Assembly (NCBI GenBank): GCA_964016885.1
Contig: OZ024743.1
Coordinates: 267,716,001 to 267,780,000 of the forward strand
Length of the DNA: 64,000 bases
Direction: 5' to 3'
Source: Eledone cirrhosa
Taxonomy: Eukaryota
Part shown: one piece after another, positions 26,812 through 41,094 of the stretch
Layout of the letters: each line of letters starts with the position of its first letter
Numbering within the stretch: position 1 is the first letter of the stretch
Notes under the pieces: generated by a model
Told to the model about the DNA's origin: nothing
Seen by the model: only the letters and a program-made list of their open reading frames with translations
Databases searched by the model: none
Position numbers and translations under genes: made by a program

Positions 26812-28966
26812 AATACCCAGAACGAGCTAACAATCCTGATGTTGACAAAACTTTAACCCATCAGTGGTTGGCATCCTCTGGACTGAAATCGGAGACTGAA
26901 GGACTGATTATATCAGCACAAGATCAGTGTCTGCCAGCCAAAAATTACCAAGCCAACATAATAAAAAATGGATGCAGCCCATTATGCCGTGTATGTAAAA
27001 GACAACCAGAGACCATTGACCATATAATTTCAATGTGCAGTCCTATAGCTCGAACCGAATCCCTAAACAGGCATGACAGAGCTGCACAATACATACATTA
27101 AAAAGAGGGTATGCCTGCTAATTGATATGTCCGTTCCAATAGACAAGAATGTATCTATAAAAACATTTGAAAAATTGAGCAAGTATAAGGACCTGGAGAT
27201 AGAAATTGGAAAAATGTGGAAAATGAGAACTAAAACAATACCAGTGGTTGTAGGCGCTCTAGGAATGATACCTAAGGGGTCTAATGATTACTTATCGCAA
27301 ATCCCAGGAAACCCGCGTATAGGAGAAATACAAAAGATAGTACTAATGGGAACTGCCCATATACTAAGGAAGATTCTGTCAATATAAGTACATCACAAGT
27401 TCACCAGAGGAAAGCTGCTGAAAAGTTCAGACATTAATCTTGATCGGCGGAATGTGATAAGAGAACTTGATCAAGAGGAAACTTACAAATATCTAGGTGT
27501 TTGTGAAGGAGACGGAATCAAGCACTCGACAATGAGGGAAAGGATAAAGAAGGAATGTTACCACAGAGTAAGAGTAATCTTAAGAACGGAATTGAATGCA
27601 AGGAATAGGATCGATGCCATAAACACGCTTGCCATACCAGTTGTAACCTACAGTTACAATGTCAAGCACAGAGATCCGTAGGCTCGATACAAAAATTCGA
27701 AAATTCTTAACTATACACAGAATGCATCACCCTAAGGTAGATACAAATAGAATATGTCTCCCTAGGAAAGAAGGAGGACGTGGGTTAATCCAGATAGACA
27801 TTGCGTTGAAAACTGCAACAATGGGATTATCTACATATCTAAGGGAATCACATGATTGGATGATCAAACTCGTTTTGAAACACGAAAGCATCAAAAGATC
27901 ATACTCCATTACAAAAGATGCACAAAGATACAGTAATGGACTATACATTTCAGAAGTCCCATTTACTGCTGAAATGGAAAACACAGAAAAAGCAAAGCAG
28001 GTAAAAGTAACTGCAAAGAAAGAACTGCTACAGAAACTGGCTAAGAAATGGCAAGAAAAGCCTCTGTATGGAAAATACCCAGAACGAGCTAACAATCCTG
28101 ATGTTGACAACATTTTAACCCGTCAGTGGTTGGCATCCTCTGGACTGAAATCGGAGACTGAAGGACTGATTATATCCGCACAAGATCAGTGTCTGCCAAC
28201 AAAAAATTACCAAGCCAACATAATAAAAAATGGATGCAGCCCATTATGCCGTGTATGTAAAAAACAACCAGAGACCATTGACTATATAATTTCAATGTGC
28301 AGTCCTATAGCTCCAACCGAATACCTAAAGAGGCATGACAGAGCTGCACAATACATACATTGGATAATGTGTAAGCATTTTGACCTGCCCCATCAAAAGA
28401 ATTGGTGGGAGCATCAACCACCTCCCATCCTTGAAAAAGATCACATCTCAATCTTGTGGAACTTTAGCATCCAAACCGACCGAAACATAGATGCAAATAG
28501 ACCTGATATAATATTGAAGGACTTTAAAAAGAGGGTATGCCTGCTAATTGATATGTCCGTTCCAATAGACAAGAATGTATCTATAAAAACATTTGAAAAA
28601 TTGAGCAAGTATAAGGACCTGGAGATAGAAATTGGAAAAATGTGGAAATTGAGAACTAAAACAATACCAGTGGTTGTAGGCGCTCTAGGAATGATACCTA
28701 AGGGGTCTAATGATTACTTATCGCAAATCCCAGGAAACCCGCGTATAGGAGAAATACAAAAGATAGTACTAATGGGAACTGCCCATATACTAAGGAATAT
28801 TCTGTCAATATAAGTACATCACAAGTCTAGATGCATGTATGAGTATGTATGTTCTTTCTTGAACATGGCGGACCTTGTTGTCTCTTGAGGTCACTGGTTG
28901 TGACTTGGTGATAACTCGTATGAACATAAAGCAAGATAAATGCAACTGTAATAATAATAATAATAA
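26812..28966 (+). mobile_element. R4/Dong-like RLE non-LTR retrotransposon: two tandem 5'-truncated copies in (TAA)n
   Basis: YKYLG, GGRGL, LKSETEGLIISAQDQ, CRVC..ETIDxIISMC..RHD, RPDII..LIDMSVP..EKLSKYKDL, VVVGALG. (TAA)n lies on both sides. Confidence 0.92.
27659..28813 (+). pseudogene. C-terminal part of R4/Dong ORF (thumb, CCHC finger, restriction-like endonuclease)
   Basis: 384-aa open frame with the motifs above; the RT core is missing. Confidence 0.9.
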
Positions 28967-29389
28967 TGTGTCTGAGCAGTGGCTGAAAGATATTTAGGAT
29001 TCGTATAGTAGTTTAATTCCCTATAAGATTAGATTTATCCCAATTTATAACACTGTCTGATGCGAGTGTTTTCAAAAAATAAGAAACGTAAAACATATAT
29101 ATTCATATTTTAAGCTTATTGAAATGAACATTTTAAAATGAAACCAAGCTATTGCCTTTAACTGAATCGGTAGAGTTATTATCTGGTAATTGGGTGTTAT
29201 TTTAACTCATCAGGCAAATGGTCTCACGTTTTACGAGTATGGGCAATGATGTAGGTTATTTGAACAAATAATTTACTGGTTCGTTTGTCGTGCAAAGTAA
29301 AATCAATCTTGTGTGGGTTTGAACACAGAACGTGATGAGAGCAAACTGTTTTTCATTAAGCAATTATTTTACCACCGAGGATACTATCT

Positions 29390-29640
29390 ATGATGATGAA
29401 GAGGACGACGGCGACGGCGATGACGATAATAATATGATGATAATGATAATGATGACGATGATGATGATGATGATGATGTTGCTAGTGATGATGATGGTGA
29501 TGATGATGATGGTGATGATGATGGTGATGATGATGATGGTGATGATGATGATAGAGGTAATGATGATGATAGTGATGATGATGCTCATGACGAAGTAGAT
29601 AACGTGGATGAAGGCGATGACGATGAAAATTATAATGATA
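29390..29640. repeat. Imperfect (GAT)n microsatellite
   Basis: GAT/GGT/AAT triplets read directly. Confidence 0.9.
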
Positions 29641-29723
29641 CAGATAATAAGAAGAGAACAATATAATTTGTATTATTTACAATAGCCCTTCAGAGAAAAG
29701 ATGAGTAATAGATGTACACACAC

Positions 29724-29859
<136 letters not shown>

Positions 29860-30426
29860 ACATATATATATATATATATACATATATATATGTATGTGTA
29901 TATATATATATATATATATATACATATGTATATATATATACAGTATATATATATATATTTATATATAAACCACACACACATATACACACACACACTCACA
30001 CATATATATATATATATATATATATGTACACTCACACGCGCGCGTGTGTGTGTTTTTTTGCGTTCATAAGTGCCTATAATTCTGTAAGTATATCTAATAA
30101 AAGCTGATTTAATGTTTATCTGATAAGGTAAAGTGAAGCAGAAAAAATTAGGAAGACCAGCAAACAGCGTAAAAAGATGAAAAACCGAAAAATATAGGAC
30201 CAACAATTTAAATATCAATACAAAAGAAACATTTCAATGATAACGCCAAGAAAATTACGGAATATACAATTTGTCGTTTAGGGCCAGACGTGCTCTAATT
30301 TCAGACCTTTGACTTCTATACTAAACAATAGGAAAATTACGATTAAAACGTAATTTCCGATTCAATTTCCACACCTGTTTCATCTCTCTCTTTTCTATTT
30401 TCGCTTGTGATTAGTCTTTCTCTTTC

Positions 30427-30551
<125 letters not shown>

Positions 30552-30601
30552 CTGTCACTGTGTTTATATATATATATATATATATATATATCTGTCACTG
30601 T

Positions 30602-30658
<57 letters not shown>

Positions 30659-31174
30659 CAGAGAGAGTGTAAGCGAGAGAGAGTGAGAGAGACACAGATA
30701 GTGTGTGTTAGATATGAGAAATATCGACCGCGGTGTCAAGCGGCTTAGGCTTCACACCGCGGCCAGGATCTTACATATCTCTATACCCACCCTACATCTC
30801 CCCATGCATCAAGTACTCCCGTGATTAGTGGTCTCCTCGGTCTCTGCACCGCAGACTCTGTCTCTCCTTCTCTCTCTTTTTCTCCCCTATCTCTCCCCCT
30901 CTCTATCTCCCTCACTCTCTCTCTTTATATATATATATATAAAGATGAGAGCAAACATGACGAGCGCTCTATCTCAAAATAATTTTTGAAAAGCATTAGA
31001 AATGTGCAACCGGTAAGAATACTAACCAATACTTATTACTAATTTTTACTTATTCCTAATTAAACTATTTTTCACTGGGAACAATTTGTCAGCATTTTCT
31101 TTTCCTTTTACCAATATATCATAACTCGTGTGTTACACCTCCATTCTTTTAAATATATATATATATATATATAT

Positions 31175-31690
31175 ATATACGATATTAACAAATGGAAACT
31201 ATATTTATAAAACCATATTTATTTTATTATACATATGTCAAGGACACCACGTTAAATTATGGTATGCTTTCATCAGACAAAATATTCTTTCTCTCTTTTT
31301 CTCTCTTTTTCTCTCTTTTTCTCTCTCTCCGTCTTTTTCCTTCTATGTAACCCAACGACTTATTTTAAAAATAAAAATAAAAATACCTAATACTAATATA
31401 AGTAAACAACTTCACTATCCTGGAGCTTCCAACAGTAATGGTTGCATTTTTTAAGGGTATGTCAATATTTATTTATAAAACTGATGTATATTGTATTTTG
31501 TCTGATGAAAGCATACCATAATTTTACGTGGTGTCCTTGAAATATGTATAATAAAATAAATATGGTTTTATAAATATAGTTTCCATTTGTTAATATCGTA
31601 TGTTTACTCCAAATACTTATTGAGTGCTTTATATCAGTTATAAAAATATTTGCTTGTTGTATCCCAACAATTTAAATAGAACTTTTGCAT
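31175..31690. mobile_element. Foldback PLE-type insertion (family G) with HHR at 31494-31558 (+)
   Basis: 31175-31283 is the reverse complement of 31494-31600. HHR UAUUUUGU-CUGAUGA-AAG..CUU-GAAA-UAUGUA-UA-AUAAAAUA. Another copy lies at 58955-59215. Confidence 0.78.
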
Positions 31691-31770
31691 ATATATATAT
31701 ATATATATATATTTCGTTTCTGAATTTGTTTACCAAGATTCTTTATCTGAAATCTTGTGTTGAAACCGAT

Positions 31771-32383
31771 TTTGTTATACTTTGGGAGGGTCATGTTGCC
31801 AATAAGAAACACACGCACCAGTTGCTTTCACTTCAAGTTATTATAATAAATTTATAAATTTAGGAATTTATAAATTTAAAAAATCTATAAATTCATAAAT
31901 TTCTGGTTGGTTGGTTGGTTCCACAACCATATATTTGTTTATATATTGTCAAAGTTCTTTCGTCACACATTATGTGACCTCTTCAGTGACTGGGGATTCT
32001 TTTCTTTGTTTTTGTGCCTCTCCTTTGTTCTGTCCTACGCCATTTTGTTTCTGTGTGTGTGTTGTGTGCTCAGTCTGCACATGCGCCACATATGGGTGTC
32101 TGTGTGTGTTTATATTTGTTTATTTATATGTTTATTTACATGTTACCGGTTGGTTGTTTGTTCTATGTGTGTGTGTGTTTTAATTTTGTCCTTAATTGTA
32201 AGTTGTGATGTTGCTGTTCCACTCATATTTTCTATTTAATTTTGGGTGTAATTCTTTTATGTTTATGAATTTATAGATTTTTAAATTCAGAAATTCCTAA
32301 ATGTATAAATTTATTATAATAAATTGAAGTGAAAGCAGCTGGTGCATGTGTTTCTTATTGGCAACATGACCCTCCCAAAGTAT

Positions 32384-32390
<7 letters not shown>
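31771..32390 (-). mobile_element. Family A PLE pseudo-LTR (HHR 31948-31990) with short inverted arm
   Basis: Similar to 1627-2115. 32262-32390 is an inverted copy of 31771-31900. Confidence 0.88.
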
Positions 32391-32461
<71 letters not shown>

Positions 32462-32512
32462 TTTATATGTATATATTGGTACATATATATGTCTCTCTCT
32501 GTCTCTCTATTC

Positions 32513-32547
<35 letters not shown>

Positions 32548-33074
32548 TATATACGCGAATGTGGATTAAATCGACCCAGTGCATTACTGGTCCTTTATTC
32601 TATCGACCCCTTAAGGAAGAAAGGCAAAACTAACCTTGGCAGGATTTGAACTCAGATTGTACAGGGCTGTAACTCCATGCCATAAAGTATGATGCCGTCG
32701 CATCAACGCAAATATTAACACATGACAATTCAGTAGATGTAGACAGAAAGTAATATTGATTTTCAAAAGGGAAAGATAGCAGACACTTCGAATTTTCAGC
32801 GATGTATTTGAGTATACATCGAGTTACGCTCAGTGGCCATTATATAAACAAAGGAATGACAGATCTATACAAATAGTCTCTACCTCTGTTGTAACGCCCT
32901 AAAGTGTACTGGAATGAACTGTATCAACCTTATTGCCTAGAACCTGTAGTGATTTCCAGAGGTTCCTTAAGAAGATGAGACTGTCCGTTTCGCCGTTGTT
33001 TGTACTTTTAGCATTTTCTTGTGTACACCCTGTTTTGAATTCAGATTCTAAAGATCTAGCAATGGGGGCTTTTT

Positions 33075-33165
<91 letters not shown>

Positions 33166-33780
33166 TATATGCATATAGGGTAACAGGCAGGCGTTTCAAG
33201 AACACACGCCCTGTCCGTTCCCCTGTTGTTTCTGTTTGGATTGCCTTGGGAACGTTACCTTGTTGTATAAGAAACTCTCTTGATGATGTCATGGCACTGA
33301 GTACATAGAATCATCTGACCAATGTCGTCATTGAAATATGTATCACAGCATTACCAATAACGGACTTTAACATCTGATACTACTTCGCATTTTCACGTTC
33401 TATATATATGATTGTGGTCCATTTTTGTCACGAGGGAGGATCCTGTTACTTCAGGCCTAAGCTATCTTCAAATTAACCCTAATAATTGTGAAATTTCTTT
33501 TTTAAGTCTATATGGAGTAGCAGAGATATCTTAGTATTATTATCCTTGTGTTCGTTATATGTTATTTTATTTTTTGTTTGTTTGTTATTAGGTGGGTGCG
33601 GCTATTCAAATGACTACAATATATACATTGTGAGAGTTCCCTGTTTCATAATGGAATTTTTCAACTGCATGTGTATCTCTTTTTGTTGTTTTTTGTGCTT
33701 ATCGTACTTGGGCACAGACCATTAGTTCAAGTAAAATCAACTAAACTTATCTCTATTAACACTCATATATTTATGATTTT

Positions 33781-33859
<79 letters not shown>

Positions 33860-33961
33860 ATGTGTGTGTGTGTATATACATACATATATATACATGTATA
33901 CATATATATATATATACACATATATATATACACATATATATACATTTATATATATATATAT

Positions 33962-34166
33962 ATAGTAACGAGTAGGACACCGACGGCTGAGCTCAAGCCG
34001 TTTCGACGGCTATTTCTGGACTAAGTAGTCCAGAATTAGCCGTCGAAACGGCTTGAGCTCAGCCGTCTGGGTCCTACTCGTTCCTATTACCCACTCTACT
34101 AACCTAAGTATTCAGTACTTTGGTGCGTTATGGTCCACCTGGTTCCTTACCACATTTCCTTAGTTA

Positions 34167-34168
<2 letters not shown>
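33962..34168. mobile_element. Family C foldback insertion (half-HHR in each arm)
   Basis: ~58-bp arms joined by a 2-nt loop (CTGGACTA-AG-TAGTCCAG), inserted in (TA)n. Confidence 0.8.
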
Positions 34169-34239
<71 letters not shown>

Positions 34240-34515
34240 TCGAATGTAAGGTTTTAATATATCTCGTACGGTTAAAATATAAGATGATGTTTAAAATGCA
34301 ATTGTTATATTTATAATAATGTAAAACTTAACCGGTTTCATAGTTTTCATGATTTTCAAATGTTAAGATGGATGGAGAGATGTGGGGCTATGACGACTTG
34401 TAACCCGCATCAGAGTGTGTAAGTGTTTGTGTGCATGTGTACGTATTCAAATTGTATATATACCTATGCATATATACACGCATACACATACACAAACATA
34501 CACATGTACTTACTT

Positions 34516-34546
<31 letters not shown>

Positions 34547-35810
34547 CATACATACATTTACATACATGTTAGTGGTAACATGAAGCCCGAAATACAACTA
34601 ATAGAGCATCTTGGTTTTCATTGGACTGTAGATAACATATCAAAATAACAATTGCAAATATATTGAAATGTCATTAAAGAAACATTTCATTGCTCCTTAT
34701 ATTTCAGGTAAAATATTCCTTTTGGAAGTTGTTTACAGCAGAAGAAGATAAAAACACATTAGATATATAGACTTTATATATTTTCCTTCTTCTGGGCTAT
34801 GAATCTTAAATTAAGCCATAATACGCTTTCGTTTACGAAGAAGAATTCATATCGGTCTCATTGTAACTCATACAAATTAGACTGATGTTTTCAGTGAAGC
34901 TCTTCATATATGACTTAAGGAAGGAGTTTAATGATTGTGTATTAATGATTGGCGGAAATAGAATCTAGCTCTTCACTTGACTGAGATGAATAATTCAATT
35001 CTTTTGCTTTCTCTTTCAAATCTTTCTATTTGAAACAGCATTAGAATTTATCCAAACTTGTCATTTAACCCATTTTCAAGTATTACTGAGACAATCTGCA
35101 TCAAAATGCATACCATCCAGGATCACTCAAAATATATGAATATGTGTAGGATTATATCGTATAATGTGTCTTTCTATATTTTCTGAGAAGGTACGATAGG
35201 ATTATAGTGAGACTTCACTATTATTTCCAACCAGTCGATCGACAACTTAAACGCTCCTTGTATTAAGGGAATTTGTTATTTTCTATTACGTGCAAATGTG
35301 TGTGTTTATGCTTGTATATGTGTGTGTGTGTGTGTGTGTGTATGTGTGTGCGTGTGCGTGTGCGTGTGTGTGTGTGTGTGTGTCTGTGTGTGTGTGTGTG
35401 TGCATGTGTGTGTCTGTGTGTGTCTGTGTGTGTCTGTGTGTGTCTGTGTGTGAGTGTGTTGTTTATGATATTTACTTGTAAACGTTTAGATTTCTGTTTC
35501 TTTTAAACTATATTTATATATTTTCTTCACAGTCATTTCATAAATTTCATGAATTTCCTTTTTACCCCTTGTTATATAGTTTTTTCCAGTTTTCGAGATA
35601 TATTCTAATTAAAAGATAAGTCGAAGTTGAAGAAATGGCAGAATATTGCACACTTCAAAGATTTCAGATCAGGAATTCACATGTTAATTCTCACATTCTT
35701 TACACATGTATATTCGTATGTCTCATAGACGGATTATGTACATTATTAAATTGCTCTTTTACTTTCAATAGCCAACAACTCACACACACACATTTAAGCA
35801 ATATGAATAG

Positions 35811-35841
<31 letters not shown>

Positions 35842-36089
35842 GTGTGAGTGTGTGTGTATACATACATACATATATGTATTTATATACACACACACACACA
35901 TGTATATATATATACATATATATATGTGTGTGTGTGTCTGTGTGTGTATAGGCGTATATATATATATGTCTAGGGCGGGTAAAATTCCCGAGATCCATGG
36001 ACGAGTTCTCTCCAGCTGTCTCTGTCCCTCGTTATCGCTGGCATGTCCTACGTCTCCAATAGACCAGTGTCTCCAATAGACCAGTGTCT

Positions 36090-36390
36090 GTACTTAGGGC
36101 ATCACCATATGTTAACCTCGGTCTTGCTCTTCCAGTGTGTCCAGTGCAGTGTCAACACTGGATGTCGGTGAGCATGTCCAGCTAACCTCAGTCTCCTAAG
36201 TGACCTCTGACTTTGGGAGGCTCCAGTACGGTGTATACTGATTAACGTTCAGAACCATCCTCAGTATTCTCGTGTAGCACCCATTCATCATGAGTGAGTT
36301 TCTTGGTCAGTGTCCAAGACTCCGACCCGTACAGCATCACAGACTCCACTACAGCATCAAAGAGGTGGATCTTCAGGTTTTTTACGGAGG
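36090..36390 (-). mobile_element. RTE-type LINE 3' fragment
   Basis: LKIHLFDAVVESVMLYGSESWTLTKKL. Confidence 0.65.
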
Positions 36391-36999
36391 TCCGACCTCC
36401 AACCCGATCTGAAGCTGTCGCACGCCGCCCAGGCTTTGCTCTTCCTGTCGACCACATCATCTTCCGTATTCCCAATGTTTGCTCCCTAATACAGGAAGTC
36501 CTCAACGAATTATATAAAGGTATATCTCTCTAAATACAGGGAATGTAAACAGTATAAATCCTTCAATTAATTTACGGATCTTATTGGGCCCTCATCAGAA
36601 GACGTGTATATCATCCAATCAGCCATAAATACCCATTAGTTTTTAATATTATTCTGAAACGGACATACTAATTAACATATAGTTAGCCCATGTGTTAGTA
36701 AATAATTAAGATAGATATTGAGAAGTACGTTAGCAGCCAAAATGCCTGATATTGTTATATCTGTCTGAATAAATATTGTGTAACCGAAACTTCATCAACG
36801 CGTATAAATATATACACATACCTAATATGCAGACATGTAAACGTGACAGAAAATATGAATTTCTCTATAAATTGACAAATGATAAACATCTTTAATCCAA
36901 TTTCTGATCTAATTGGACCTTTATCAGAGGGTATGTCTGTCATGTAATCTACCAAAATGAACTGTGGATAAATATGGAAAATGTAACCCACCTGGTAAG

Positions 37000-37500
37000 A
37001 GTATGTGAGAGCTTTGTGTAAAACGAATTCAAGCGCCGTAATTGCTGGATATGTCGTAAATACCAATAGGAAGAAATAAAGAGTTGGTATGATCATGTAC
37101 TTTGTAAAGTAATGCAGAGGAATTGGAAAGCAATGATATTCTGTGATTATGATTTTCAGACTTATAGACTAATTGAGCATCGCCAATCGGGCCTTTTCGT
37201 TTAGAAGAAGAAAGGAAAATACTGCCAGATCATAGATATAGCTATACCAAATGATTTGAATAGTGTGAATAAAGAGGTCAAAACAATCTCCAAGTACTCT
37301 GAAATAAAAGTGATGGTAAAACTGTTTGGAATATGAAAGGGTAATGTGAATATGATACAAGTTGTAATCGGAACATTATGGTCAATGCCATTGAAACTCC
37401 AAGACTATTTAAGATGTTTGGAATATAAGCCAAGATTGGTGTCATACATAAATTAGCCTTACTAGGCACTGAAAACATTTTGACGTATATATTATGGTGG
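37000..37500 (+). mobile_element. Highly decayed R4/Dong-like 3' fragment
   Basis: SWYDH, IQVVIGTL and IHKLALLGTENIL resemble the RLE C-terminus; a TAA-rich tail follows. Confidence 0.45.
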
Positions 37501-37571
37501 GTTTTCCATCTACACTACATAATATTAATAATAATGACAATAATAGAAATAAATATTAGTATTATTATTAT

Positions 37572-38752
37572 CGCGTCTTTCCTCAGCTCGTCTCCTTGAC
37601 GGAGCTGCAGTCCTGGGTCAAGCGAAGGCCGAGAGGGAGCGTTAGGAGATTGGAATGTCTTCATCCGCTCACAGCCCTCGACCAGTCGGGCAAGGTGATC
37701 TATCGAGGATTAGTGGAGGGGGAGAGCGACGACGTACTTGGGAAACTCTAGGCGTCGACGAAAATCAACTAGCCAATCTCTTCAGAAGAACTTTCAGGCC
37801 GGGGCCTATGGACAATATCCAGAAATCCCTGGTCTGGCAGTGCTACCGAGGAGCTTTGCCAGTTCGGGATAAACTCTACAGGCATGGAAGTGCCGTCAGG
37901 CGGGCATGGCCGTGATGCGCGCAGAGCGACGAAACCGTCCGGCATGCACTCGTCCAGTGTCCGAGCATTGCTGACTTGTGTGTTTATGTCGAACATCTGC
38001 TGTCGCGTGTGGAACGGATTCGGCTTTCAGGTGAGTCCATCGTGAGGATTGCCCCGCCCTCTTCCTTTAGCCAGGAAGGGCAGGCAGTTTTTATCTGTCT
38101 GGTGGCCATGGAGAAAGAGATAGTATGGTGGACGAGTTTGAAAGGGCTGAAGACGAGCACTTACATCTTTGGTGATACCCTGATTAACTTTTTCAAATTT
38201 CATTTGAAAAGGAAAATCAGGGTAGAGAGGGAAGTGCTCTCTCCCCAGCATTTTGTTGAAATATGGGTGAGAGAGGCAATAATAGCCCGAGGGAATGGAC
38301 CTATTCTGAGTATGTGTCTGTAAATTGAAGGTAGAAAACTGGGAGAGGGCAATCCCTCATCAACTTTTTCAGGTTTCACATGGAAAGGAAGGTGAGGGTG
38401 GAGAGAGAAGTGCTGCCCCAAAGTACATTTGCTGAAACGTGGGTGAATGTGGCGAGAATGGCCCGTGTGAGTGGGCCTACTCTGGTCATGCGCCTGTAGG
38501 TGGGTAATATGAGGAGGAGAGGAGTGCCCTTCCAGGGTGCTCTCGAAGCGTCGGGTCGTTCAGGATTGGTGGGGTACCTGAGCGATCCCTGGGTGGTCAT
38601 CCCCCCTATTGGGGAATTTTTCTTGTTGTATTGTTATTGTTACTTTGTTATTGTTATTCATATTGTTTACTCGATTTTTTTGTAAAAACCCACTGTCCCA
38701 GATTTTGTATTGTCCCCTATATGTCGGCCCTTGTGGCCAATAAATGAAATCA
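37572..38752 (+). mobile_element. Tx1-type 3' fragments (two subfamilies fused) in (TTA)n
   Basis: 37575-38350 matches the reverse complement of 21210-22010 with a deletion. 38351-38752 is a diverged second 3' end. Confidence 0.88.
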
Positions 38753-38766
38753 TTATTATTATTATT

Positions 38767-38947
38767 ATTGGCAGTATCGGTAGAGGGTCGGACGCCATGC
38801 TTTTCAGCAAAGAGTTATGGCCCTTTATGGTCTGAGTTCAAATCCCACCGAGGTTAACTTTGCCTTTCATCCTTACGGTGTCGATAAAATAAAGTGCCAG
38901 TAATGCACTGGTAATTGCTGGCCTTGTGCCAAATGTAGAAACAATTA
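38767..38947 (+). mobile_element. tRNA-derived SINE (major family)
   Basis: A box TGGCAGTATCGG, B box GAGTTCAAATCC, conserved body and (TTA)n tail. Confidence 0.9.
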
Positions 38948-38967
38948 TTATTATTATTATTATTGTT

Positions 38968-40045
38968 GTTATTCCTTGAATCTCAGTCATTGATGTTGGT
39001 TAACTGGAAAGTCCGTTGGAATGAATATCAAGCCACTACCTGCAGCCTCAGATATTCAAGACGTATCGGAGGGTTCTTGCTGTTCCCAGCAAGCATGCCT
39101 TTTGAAGCGTTACAAAAAGCGTAAAGGGGCCGATTTTCTTTAACCATCCCTGGAAACTTTTGGAGATAGTCCCCAGTGCGCCTATGACAATCGGGATCAC
39201 TTTGACTTCATGGCAGTTCCAAATCCTTTTCACCTCCCACTTTAGGTCCTGGTATCGGTTAATTTTCTCCCTCTCCTTCTCTTGCACTCTCGTGTCGAAA
39301 GGGCAGGCCACATCCACAATCAGACACGATCTTTTTTCTTTGTCCACAACCACCAGGTCAGGTCTATTGTGTTCCAGTTTTTTGTCCGTCTGTATCCTAA
39401 AATCCCACAGCACCTTCACCTGATTGTTCTCCATCACCGCCTCTGGCCTATGCTCATACCATTTCTCAGAATGTGGTAAATTGTTTACTTTGCACAGGTG
39501 CCAGTGGATCACCCTGCCCATCACATCGTGTATCCAGCCCTTATAGTGGGTCTGGGCTAGGTGTTTACACTCGGACACAATGTGAGCCACAGTCTCCTCT
39601 CTCTCTCCAGAGATCCTGCATAGTGGGCTAGTCTCCTCCTTGTAAATATGGTGCTTCAACCACTTCGTTTTGAGGGCCTGCTCCTGCGCAGCCATTAGCA
39701 TTCCTTCTGTAGCCTTTTTGAGGTCTCCTCTTCTCAACCAGTTCCATGTCTGTGGATCTCTAAATTCAGTTTTCTCAAAGAAGGTACTATGAAGGGATTT
39801 TCCCTTAAGGCTGCTCTTCCTCCTTGATGTTATTTCCTCCTTGGACATCCATCCCCTGGCCTACTGTCCCCTCCTTCAGTACAGTTCTGAGCATTGGCTC
39901 CTTACTATAGGTCACGTATTTGTATAGGTTGTTTTTCTCCATCTGAACACAGTCCTCTATGCTGATAAGACCCCTTCCACCCTCAGATCTCCGTAGGTAG
40001 AGTCTATCGACATCACTCCTCTTGTGGAACATGTTGTAGATAGTC
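38968..40045 (-). mobile_element. Second R4/Dong-like family, 5'-truncated
   Basis: DVDRLYL..GGRGL, LKKATEGMLMAAQEQ, ETVAHIVSEC, RPDLVV..DVACP..EKINRYQDL, IVIGALG. Flanked by (TAA)n. Confidence 0.92.
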
Positions 40046-40085
40046 AATTATTATTATTATTATTAGTAGTAGTAGTAGTAGTAGC

Positions 40086-40133
<48 letters not shown>

Positions 40134-40283
40134 TCTTGTTAAATATGTTTCGCGTTCTCCATCTTTTCTTCTTTTTTCCCCATTTCATTTCATTCCACAT
40201 TTTTATTCTACAATTACTTTAAGACATATATACATGTATACACATGTACAAACGTATCTACACACTCATACACAAAGACACAC

Positions 40284-40327
<44 letters not shown>

Positions 40328-40678
40328 TTACACATATAGAGATATACACACGTATATGCAGGCAAATACACAACTATACTTACTGACTGATATTCTTGTT
40401 ACATTCTTTCCTTTTCTTTAAATCTCGTTTCGCGAAAGTTCAGATAACACAACATACCGAACGCCTTGCAACACACGGAAGCCATGTTATCGCATATCCA
40501 TCGTGTTTGTGATGTGAAACTGTTAGACATTTCACGTCTGCTTAAGTGCGCATAGACCAACATACTTACATATATACACACATACTCACATACACAGACA
40601 CAGACACACGCGTACATACACATACACACACACACAAATACATACATACATACATACATACATACATACATACATACA

Positions 40679-40779
<101 letters not shown>

Positions 40780-41032
40780 TGTGATTCATATCTTAATGGT
40801 AATGTTTTATATATTTTGCGTTAAAGTTTTGTGACATTTTTTAAAGTGATATTTTTATAGTTGTTAGACTTAATAGAATAAAATATATGCTGTCTCGATA
40901 TTTAAGGATGGAAGTAAGGGTTTAGAAATAAAACAAACTACTATTGCTGATATTACTACTATGACAACAACAATCTCTACTACAAATAATAACTAGAAGA
41001 ATAAGAATACGAATATTAAGAAGAGGAAAGAG

Positions 41033-41094
<62 letters not shown>

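Noticed and set aside
29332-29598. Poly-Met/poly-Asp ORF
   Set aside because: It is a (GAT)n microsatellite.
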